IMG/VR virus record: IMGVR_UViG_3300008261_000065
Coordinates: 1 to 36,185 of that record
Source of the DNA: a virus
Taxonomy: Duplodnaviria > Caudoviricetes
Length of the DNA: 36,185 nucleotides
Strand: one strand, 5' to 3'
The notes under the pieces were generated by a model. The model saw only the letters and a program-made list of their open reading frames with translations, was not told the DNA's origin and made no database searches. Below, one piece after another: positions 5,423 to 14,900 of the stretch. Numbering within the stretch: position 1 is the first letter of the stretch; each line of letters begins with the position of its first letter. Made by a program: the position numbers and the translations under genes.

Positions 5423-6022
5423 ATGTATCATCTAGAAGTTGATGATGAATGGAATGCAATTCATTATGAAGACTTATGGATATACAATAAACTACAATTA
5501 AGTCGGGTATTAGGGTATAAATGTGGTCCAATTGGATCTACAGTCCCTAAACCCGACTTTTATATTGTTAGACCTGCGATAAATTTTCTTGGTATGGGTC
5601 GATTTGCTGAAATTGTGTGGATAGAAAGAGACACAGAGCATTTTCATCCATCTAATTTTTGGTGTGAAGTGTTTAAAGGAGAGCATTTAAGTGTCGATTA
5701 TCACTATCAAGAACCAAAATTAGTGGTTAGAGGTATAAAAGATGAGAATGACCCTCTCTATAAGTGGCAAAAATGGGAAAAAATTGATAAGATGATTAAA
5801 TTTCCTTCAATTTTAGAAAATTTAAAGGGAAATTATGATTGGATTAACTGTGAATTCATTGATGGAAACCTAATTGAGGTTCACGTAAGACAAAATCCCA
5901 ATTTTAGATATGGAAATACAGTTGCAATTCCTGTATGGGAAAATGATGATCAAGAAAATACATCAGATTTGAGTTATATCAAGGACTCTGGGTATCTAAG
6001 AAAAGGATTTTATTTACAATAA
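5423..6022 (+). CDS. compact ATP-grasp-fold protein (199 aa)
   Basis: IYNKL, YIVRP...GMG, WCEVFKGEHLSVD and INCEFIDGNLIEVHVR correspond to the ATP-grasp nucleotide- and metal-binding motifs; start reassigned from 5354. Confidence 0.7.
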   Translation: MYHLEVDDEWNAIHYEDLWIYNKLQLSRVLGYKCGPIGSTVPKPDFYIVRPAINFLGMGRFAEIVWIERDTEHFHPSNFWCEVFKGEHLSVDYHYQEPKLVVRGIKDENDPLYKWQKWEKIDKMIKFPSILENLKGNYDWINCEFIDGNLIEVHVRQNPNFRYGNTVAIPVWENDDQENTSDLSYIKDSGYLRKGFYLQ

Positions 6023-6025
6023 ATA
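6018..6025 (+). promoter_or_regulatory. T4-type late promoter (AATAAATA) upstream of speD
   Basis: Matches NATAAATA; about 30 nt before the start codon. Confidence 0.55.
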
Positions 6026-6057
6026 GTTTTTCGGAGAAAATAGGAGGATTTTGTGAA

Positions 6058-6399
6058 TTGGATAGGTTTTCAATGGGGAATCACCTCCTATTGGAGGTAT
6101 ATGGAGTAGAATACTCTTTACTAAACGATGCGGTAACTCTTGAAGGAGTGATGAAAAAAGGCATTGAACGTGCTGGAATGACCATTTTAAACACCTTTCA
6201 GCACTGTTTCTACCCACAAGGATGCACGATAGTCATAGCACTGTCAGAGAGTCACGTATCGTGCCATACTTGGCCAGAAAATGGGTGTGTTGCGATTGAT
6301 GTTTATACTTGTGGACCAGGAAATCCAAAATTAATAGCACTAGAACTCTTAAAATATCTAAATTCGGACAATTATAACCTCAGATATTTGTATCGTTAA
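6058..6399 (+). CDS. speD: S-adenosylmethionine decarboxylase proenzyme (pyruvoyl-dependent, class 1B)
   Basis: G.HLLLE, F.PQG.T, LSE/SH..HTWPE self-cleavage motif, DVYTCG; AGGAGG RBS before the TTG start (alternative ATG6073). Confidence 0.93.
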   Translation: MDRFSMGNHLLLEVYGVEYSLLNDAVTLEGVMKKGIERAGMTILNTFQHCFYPQGCTIVIALSESHVSCHTWPENGCVAIDVYTCGPGNPKLIALELLKYLNSDNYNLRYLYR

Positions 6400-6406
6400 A
6401 TATTGA

Positions 6407-6465
6407 TAGGGGAGATAGCAACCTCCTACAAAAAAAAGTTCTGTTTTTACCAAAAAACAGGAGCT
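6407..6465 (+). promoter_or_regulatory. two-hairpin 5' leader; the second hairpin sequesters the AGGAG RBS of ORF 6469
   Basis: Stems at 6407-6428 and 6437-6448/6453-6465. Confidence 0.55.
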
Positions 6466-6468
6466 AAA

Positions 6469-6672
6469 ATGTCCAATTTACCCGTTGATAGAGATCAAAA
6501 CTATATGTATGAGATGTGGGGAACTAAGAAATTAGTTACCGACTATGAAAAACCAAATATTTCGAGGCATGATTTGAAAAGACAAACAGAATTGCACGAA
6601 AAAATTAGAAATGACGAAGATTATGATGATTGGGAATATGGAACAGAACCAAGTTACGGAAAAATAGTCTGA
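6469..6672 (+). CDS. conserved cyanophage hypothetical protein (67 aa, YM.EMWGT..L.TDY; DEDYDDW.YG)
   Basis: ATG with AGGAG; start reassigned from 6403. Confidence 0.8.
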   Translation: MSNLPVDRDQNYMYEMWGTKKLVTDYEKPNISRHDLKRQTELHEKIRNDEDYDDWEYGTEPSYGKIV

Positions 6673-6709
6673 AAAGTCTTATAGATATATAAAATACCTT
6701 TTTATTTTA

Positions 6710-7111
6710 ATGGCAGTAAGGATTTCACGAGCATTTAAGGACATTAGTTTGTCTTTTGCTAGGCATCCTGTGACGAATGATATTCTACCAATTAGAAATG
6801 AAGATGCAATTAAAAAATCTGTCACTAATTTAGTAAAAACTGTTGTTGGTGAGAGATTTTTTAATTCTTTGATTGGGTCAACTGTTAATGATTCATTATT
6901 TGAACTCAATACAATTGGAATTTCTATTGTATTAGAAGATGAAATTAAAACATTACTTAATAACTTTGAACCAAGAATAAAAGTTAGACAAATTAATATT
7001 GAAGATGATCCTGATTTATATGAATTAAACATAAACGTTGTCTATGATATTGTTGGTGAGGGATTCCCAAGACAAAATATAGAGTTTATCTTACAACCAA
7101 CTAGAGTATAA
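6710..7111 (+). CDS. gp25: baseplate wedge subunit, T4 gp25-like
   Basis: FKDISLSF..HP.T.D, AIK.SV.NL..T..GERFF and FEPR motifs. Confidence 0.93.
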   Translation: MAVRISRAFKDISLSFARHPVTNDILPIRNEDAIKKSVTNLVKTVVGERFFNSLIGSTVNDSLFELNTIGISIVLEDEIKTLLNNFEPRIKVRQINIEDDPDLYELNINVVYDIVGEGFPRQNIEFILQPTRV

Positions 7112-8997
7112 TGGCGATAAATCAATTTACAAATCTAGATTTTGAGGATATAAGATCCCAAATAAAAGATTACCTAAGAACCAACACAGAATTCACTGAT
7201 TTTGATTATGAAGGTTCTAACTTTTCTGTATTAATTGATATTCTTGCCTATAATTCTTATATAACTGCCTATAACACCAATATGGCAGTTAATGAGTCTT
7301 TTTTAGATAGTGCAACGTTAAGAGAGAATGTAGTTTCACTTGCAAGAAATATTGGGTATGTTCCTAGATCAAAGAGGGCATCTAGGGCAAAAATTAGTTT
7401 TACAGTTGATACTGAAGGATTTTTAGATGTAAAATCGGTTACATTAAGATCTGGTGTTGTATGTTTGGGTAATTTGGAGACTGGAAATTTTGTATTTTCA
7501 GTGCCAGAAGATATTACAGTTCCTGTAGATAATCAAGGAATTGCTAGATTTAATAATATTTCAATCTATGAAGGAAGATTTTTAACAAAAAGTTTTATTG
7601 TAGATAATAATCAACCAAATCAAAAATTTATTATTCCAAACGCTGATGTTGATACAGAATTAATAAGAGTATTTGTTACAGATGTAACCAATGAAGAATA
7701 TGCAAAGTTTGATAATATATTAAATGTTAATAGAACTTCTAAGATTTTCCTAGTTCAGGAAATAGAAGATGAAAAATATCAGATTTTATTTGGAGATAAT
7801 ATATTTGGAAAGAGACCAATATCTGGAAGTTCAGTTTATGTAAGTTATATTATTACAAATGGAAAGCAAGCAAATGGTTCTGCAAACTTTACATTTAGTG
7901 GAATTCTAGTTGATAATAATAGTAATAAAATTACTAATGGTATTTCTCTAATCACAACAAATATTCCATCAGAAAATGGAGACGATATTGAGAAAATAGA
8001 CTCTATTAAATACATTGCTCCTAGAGTATATTCTTCTCAATATAGAGCAGTAACTGCTAATGATTATAAGGGATTAATTCCAGCAATATTTCCAAACGTA
8101 GAATCGGTAACTGCTTATGGTGGAGATGAACTGGATCCTCCAGAGTACGGAAAAGTTTTTATATCAATAAAACCAAGAAACGGAAAATATATTTCTAAAA
8201 TTACTAAAGAAGAGATAAAAAATAAACTAAAGCAATACACTATTGCTGGTATTAAACCAGAAATAGTTGACCTTAAGTATCTTTATGTTGAAATCAATAC
8301 TAGTGTTTACTATGATAGAAGTGCAATCTCTGAAATTGAAAATTTAAGAAAAAAAGTTATCGAAACAATTACACAATATGGAACATCATATGATTTGAAT
8401 AATTTTGGTGGAAGATTTAAGTATAGTAAATTATCTTCATTGATTGATAATGTAAGTTCTTCTGTCACTTCTAATATTACAAAGGTAAAAATTAGAAGAG
8501 ATCTTCAACCAGAGTTCAATAAATATGCCACTTATGAGTTATGTTTTGGTAATGCTTTTCATATAAAAAGAAATAATTTATTGGACAATCGTGGTTATAA
8601 TATTAAATCAACAGGATTTACTATTTTAAATGTTGATGGAACTGTTTATTTGAGTGATGTTCCTATTGACGATAAAAAAGGAACAATTTTCTTCTTTGTG
8701 TTAAAAAATAACCTACCATTTATCATAAAAAATAATGCAGGTGTTGTTCACTATGATAAAGGTGAAATCTTGTTAGATGTTGTAAATATTACTTCAACAG
8801 TTTCAACAAATGGAATAGAAGTACAAGCAATTCCAGAGTCAAATGATGTCATTGCGTTAAAGGATATATATTTAGATCTAAGTATTAGTAACTTAGTTGT
8901 AAATATGGTTGAAGATAAGATTACTTCTGGTGAAAATACTTCTGCAACCGAATATATTGTAACATCAAGTTATTCAAACGGAGACTATATTAGATAA
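7111..8997 (+). CDS. gp6: baseplate wedge subunit, T4 gp6-like
   Basis: LDFEDI..., FTDFDYEGSN, E.FLDSATLR.NVVS.AR.IGY.P.S, Q.RAVT..DY and GKVFISIKP motifs. Confidence 0.95.
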   Translation: MAINQFTNLDFEDIRSQIKDYLRTNTEFTDFDYEGSNFSVLIDILAYNSYITAYNTNMAVNESFLDSATLRENVVSLARNIGYVPRSKRASRAKISFTVDTEGFLDVKSVTLRSGVVCLGNLETGNFVFSVPEDITVPVDNQGIARFNNISIYEGRFLTKSFIVDNNQPNQKFIIPNADVDTELIRVFVTDVTNEEYAKFDNILNVNRTSKIFLVQEIEDEKYQILFGDNIFGKRPISGSSVYVSYIITNGKQANGSANFTFSGILVDNNSNKITNGISLITTNIPSENGDDIEKIDSIKYIAPRVYSSQYRAVTANDYKGLIPAIFPNVESVTAYGGDELDPPEYGKVFISIKPRNGKYISKITKEEIKNKLKQYTIAGIKPEIVDLKYLYVEINTSVYYDRSAISEIENLRKKVIETITQYGTSYDLNNFGGRFKYSKLSSLIDNVSSSVTSNITKVKIRRDLQPEFNKYATYELCFGNAFHIKRNNLLDNRGYNIKSTGFTILNVDGTVYLSDVPIDDKKGTIFFFVLKNNLPFIIKNNAGVVHYDKGEILLDVVNITSTVSTNGIEVQAIPESNDVIALKDIYLDLSISNLVVNMVEDKITSGENTSATEYIVTSSYSNGDYIR

Positions 8998-8998
8998 A

Positions 8999-11900
8999 AT
9001 GTCAGAAATTAAGAGAGTCAGAATCCAAAATATCATCGAATCGCAGATTCCAGAATTTTTAAATGTGGAATCTCCTTTGTTTAAAGAATTTTTAGATCGA
9101 TATTATATTTCACAAGAGCATCCAACAGGAATAGCAGATTTGGGTGTATCTGTAAACTCACTTAAAGATATATCTACATATGATAATGAAACTTTATTTT
9201 CTGCATTTTATCCAAGTGTTCTAACTCAAAAAGTTTTGGCATTTGATGATGTAATAAATGTTTCGCATACAATAGGATTTCCTAGCAAGTATGGTTTAAT
9301 TAAAATTGATGATGAAATTATATTTTATACAACAAAAACACAAAATAGTTTTATTGGATGTTTTAGGGGTTTTTCTGGAATACACGATATAAGACAAACA
9401 CTAAAATCTGAAACTATTAATTTTACAAAAACATCTGCATCTTCTCATATTTCTACATTTGAGATATCTACAATAGTTAATAATAATGCAACTTGGACAG
9501 TTTCATTGGTTGATCCAATTGTTGTTTCTGTTAATGAAATTATTTACTTTGAGCAGTCTGCATACGAAACTCCTGCTGCAAATCCATTAATTCCAAGAGG
9601 AATACCAGCAAGAGTAGTAAATGTAAATTCTCAGCAACAACTCATAGTAGAAGCAGCAGGAGATATTTCCAATACAGCAAAAGTAATTAAAACGATTGTT
9701 GTTCAAAATTTAAATTTAGTTTTTTACCAAGAACTCTTTAAAAAATTTAAATCTCAGTTTTTGCCTGGGTTTGAAAACAGAAATTTTGTTTCTCAAGTAC
9801 AAATTCAAAATATTTTATCAAGAGCTATTGATTTTTATACAACAAAAGGAACTGACACATCATTTAAGTTGCTTTTCAATGCTCTATTTGGAAAAGAAAT
9901 ATCCATAATTAAGCCACAAGAATATCTCCTTCGTCCATCTGATAACAATTATTTTGTAACTAAAAATATTTTAGTAGAACCTATTAAAAATTACGACATT
10001 GATTTATCAACAATAAAAGGGAGAACTATATTTCAAGATGTAGATGGATTGGAAGCAAGTGCCTCTATCTATTCATTAGAATATAGACCATTCAATGATA
10101 AAAATTTATATGAAATATATCTAGATGGAACTTCATTTGTAAATAATTTTAAATCAACGAAAAAAACAAATATATCAAAAAGTGTATCGATCAATTCTAA
10201 TAATATATTTGTAGATTCAACCATAGGATTTCCATCTTCTGGTAAATTATTAGTAAAAACAAAAAATGCTACAGATCCAGTTGTAATTACATATACTGAT
10301 AAAACCAATAATCAATTCTTGGGAGTATCTGGAATTATATTTGATTTAAATTTTGGAGATGAAATATATGAAGAAAGATTTGTTTACGTTTATCATGATG
10401 ATGGGTCTAAATTAGAATTTAGATTAATTAATGTAATTGGTGAAATAGATTATGATTCCTCATCTAACTTAAGAGTTGGTGATAAAATAAAATTATCTTC
10501 ATTTGGAACAAATTTAAGTGATAAACCAGAATTTAATAGTTGGATTTATAATTTACCAACATCACATAATATAGAGACTGTTCAAATTTCTGGTAATTCT
10601 ACAGGAACTATTTGGACTATAAACTTATTTGATAATATTAAATTTTATATTGGAGAGAAAATAGAATTAGAAAATACCGAAGATGTAAATGATATTGTTA
10701 GAACTGCAAAAGTAGTAGCAATTTTTTCTGGAAATTCTATTGAAGTTGAAACTCCTTTTAATATTTCTTCGAAAAATAAACTTAATAGAATAATTGAAAC
10801 TGGTGAAAGTGAGAATCCAGATTTAGTTAATATTTCACACATTCCAACTGGTGTTCAAAATACATATATTGATGAAAATAATGAATATTTTTATGTAACT
10901 TCTTCTGGTATACCTAACTATAAACTGTATTCAACTCAACAAATTATTAATTGTACTGCTGGTCCAGGAATTGGAGTAACAGATACTTTAAATACACAAA
11001 ATTTCCATAGATTTTATACAGGAGAAAAGATTTACTTTACTCCTTCAACTGGATCTGGAATTACTACAGGAATATACCATTTAACCACTATTGGCAGCAT
11101 AAAAGATAGCAAAAAAGTAAAATTCTCTTTAAGTAAAAGTGATTTATACTCTAAAAAATATATAACTTTTGATAAAGCCTCTACATCAGGATCTTTTGTA
11201 AAACTTGATTATGAAAATAAATCAGTAAGTAATCAAAAGATATTAAAAAAATTCAATTATAAAAAAGGACAAAATCTTTTATCTGAAGTTGGTGATAGAT
11301 CAACAAATAATAAAAAAGTTGGAATTTTTGTAAACGGATCTGAAATTTTTTCCCCAACATTATTTGATGAAAACATTTATTATGGAAAATTAGAATCAAT
11401 TTCAATAACAAATTCGGGAAGTGGTTATGATGTAATAAATCCTCCAGAATTAGAAATTTCTGATGTCTCTGGATCTGGAGCAAAAGGATATTTAAATATT
11501 GTCGGATCTTTAGAAAGAGTTAGAATTATAAGTCCAGGAATTGGATATCAAGTTAAACCAAAAATAACTATTTTGGGTGGAAATGGAACAGGTGCAGTTG
11601 TAGAGCCGAATTTCGTAAAGTCACAAATCAATAATGGATTTAAGGGTGATGGATTTGGATTAAATCCAACTGACAATACTATTACATTTTTTGAAAGACA
11701 CAATTTTGAAGATGGAGAAGAATTAATTTATAATTCAAATTTTAATGCAGAGATCGTTCCATTAAAAAATAGTGCAATTTATTATGCTGGTATAGTTAAT
11801 GAGAAAACAATAAAATTATATGAAAATACTACTAATGCGTATACAAAAACAAATGAAATCAATTTTATTGGCATTAGTTCTGGTTTCCATTATTTAAAGA

Positions 11901-14900
11901 CTACAAAATCAAAAAATACCATTACACAGGTATATGTAAAAGAAAGTGGTTCTGGATATTCTAATAGATTAATTAAAATACCATCTGTTTTATCTTATGA
12001 TAATAATACAAATGGAGTAAATACATTTGATAATTATATCTTTGCAACAGATCATAAATTTAAAAATAAAGATATTGTAAGATATTCAACTACAGGAACA
12101 GCAATCAGTGGGTTGTCTACAACATCAGAGTATATTGTTACAGTAATAGATGAAAATAAATTCTATCTATCTTCTGTTGGAAATGGTACTAAAATAGATG
12201 AATTTGATTATATTAATAAAAGATATATTAAATTTTCATCTTTAGGTGTCGGGGAGCATACTTTTTATTATCCACCAATAAGATTGGTTGTAGAATCATT
12301 ATCTGGAGTTGGAGCAACAACTATAATTGCACCAGAATTTGAACCAATTATAACAGGAAGAATAGAAAGTGTATTTTTAGAAACAAATGGTGTTGGTTAT
12401 GGAGTTTCTGACATAATAAATTTCCATAGAAGACCAGATATAAAAATAAAACCAATTATATCCGAAGCTTTATTAAAACCTATTGTAGTTAATGGGGCAA
12501 TAGTTGATGTACAATTTTTATCTTATGGGTCTGGATATGATAAAGGTATTGATATTGAGGTATATGGTGATGGAAAGTTTGCTGATATTAGACCAGTAGT
12601 AGATGTAAATGGAAGAATAACCAGTGTTAATATTGCAAGTGGTGGTGCAAATTATCTACAAAGCAATACTATATTAAAAGTTGTAAGAAGAGGAAAAGAG
12701 GCAAAGTTCCTTGGAAATGTATTTGAATGGAAAATAAATCAAGTTGAAAAAAATAAAGAACTATTGTCCACTCAAGATGAGGGATTAATAGCACCAAGTA
12801 ATAATAAAGATTTTGGATTACAATATATAAATTTCTTTGCTCCAAAAATACTAAGATATAGTTTGGATGATCATATAGATTCTTCCAATAGAGAAATATC
12901 AAACAATACCCACTCACCAATTATTGGATGGGCATATGATGGAAATCCAATATATGGACCATATGGACAAGTTGGATCAGAAATTAGAAAAATAAGATCT
13001 AGTTATTTCAAAAAAGTAGAAAACGATGCAAATCTAAGACCAAATTTATCCGATGGATTTTTTGTTCAAGATTATTATTTTGATAAAGCTATAGGTGATC
13101 TTGATGAATATAACGGAAGATTTTGCATAACTCCAGAATTTCCAAACGGTGTTTATGCATATTTTGTAACTATTGATAGTGCAATAGTATCAAAACCAGA
13201 ATATCCTTATATTGTAGGTAATAAATTTAAAGATTATTTGATAGATGAAAATTTTACCCCTTCTTTCACCCAAGATTTAAATATATCCGAATTCAATATT
13301 GTTAGAAATATTGCTCCCTACTATATCAATTCAAATACATCATATTATAGTTTGATACAGAGTAATGAAGAAAAACATAGACAAGAATTTATAGTATCTG
13401 AAACATTATCATCTTCTGTTGATGAAATTCTAGTTTACAGTCCAGGAGAAAATTATAAGATTGGGGATAATGTCATATTTGATAATGAGGGAACAGGGGG
13501 AACAGGAATAAGTGCAGAAGTATCAAAATTAAGAGGAAAAGATTTATCAAAAATTGAAATTGGTATTTCAACTTTTAATGGAACAAGATTTTTTACAGAA
13601 AAAAATCTTATAGTAGGATCAATGAATCAACCACATAATTTATTAAGTGGAGATCAGATAGTTATATCTGATATTTCTGATCCTGCATATTCATTCCTAG
13701 AAGGATCAAGATCAATAATAGTTCCATCCAAGATTGTTGGATTATCAAGCGATATTGATATTGTACAAATAACTGGATCAACAACTGACATATATGTTAG
13801 TGATTATTCTGGATTTGAGGTAAATGATTACATTGGAATTGGATCTGAAAGATTACAGATTGTAAGAATAAATCAATCCAATTCTACAATTACTGCAAAC
13901 AGATTAGAAAATGTCGGATTCCATACTGTTGGTATAGATAGTGTCCGATTACTTCCCAAAAAATTCTATTTTTCGGATGTAACGTTACCAACATATTTGA
14001 GGGAAAATGCTCCTGTTTACTTTAATCCAAAGACATTAATTGGTTTCGGAACACAAATAAACAATTATGTTTTACCTGACCAATCCAACATAACTGTTCC
14101 AGCAAAATCAATATACATTCCAAATCATAATTTCTATACAGGTCAGCAAATTGTTTATAATGTTGGTTTTGCTGGAAGTAGTGTATATGTTTCTAATATT
14201 CCAGATTCTGTTGCTTCTTTCCCACTGCCAAATAATACAACACTTTATGTTGTTAATAAAGGTAAAGACTTTATTGGAATTTCAACCTTAGGATTTACAA
14301 CTTCCTCGGGAATAGGCACAGAAAATAATAGTTTATACATCTATGAAAATAATGCTACAGTTGGAGCAGCACATTCATTCACAACAATTTATAAAGAAGT
14401 AGCAGGAACAGTTGAAAATTATTCTCTAATTGTAAATACAGAAGAAAATCATGAATTAACTGAACTTGACAATGTAACTTTTAATGTAACTCCAAGATTA
14501 ACTAATACATTCTCAATAAGTTATGATTCTGTTTTGCGTAAGTTGACAACAATTCCAACACAATTTGACACCTCGGTATCTGTAAACGTAGACAACTCTA
14601 CAATTTATATACCAAATAATAATTTCTCTACTGGTGATAAAGTAGTTTACTATAACACAGGAAATTCTTCTATAGGTGGATTAATTAATAACGAAACTTA
14701 CTATGTAATTAAACAAGATCCAGATTATATAAAATTAGCATCGTATAGATCAGATGCTATATCTGGAGTGGGAATCACATTTACAAGTCAAGGGTCATCA
14801 TTTAATGCATTGTCATTGATAAATCCATTATTAAAAACTACAAAAGGAAACATAATAGTATTTGATTTATCAGATTCATCATTGAGTGGAATGGATTTGA

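Noticed and set aside
6403-6468. N-terminal extension of ORF 6403-6672
   Set aside because: The region forms hairpins and contains the RBS for ATG6469
2730-6710. tRNA genes in intergenic spaces
   Set aside because: No cloverleaf with correctly placed D and T arms found
4382-7032. Overlapping ORFs 4382-4867, 4836-5027, 5235-5531, 6014-6217 and 6679-7032
   Set aside because: Shadows of recognisable + strand genes
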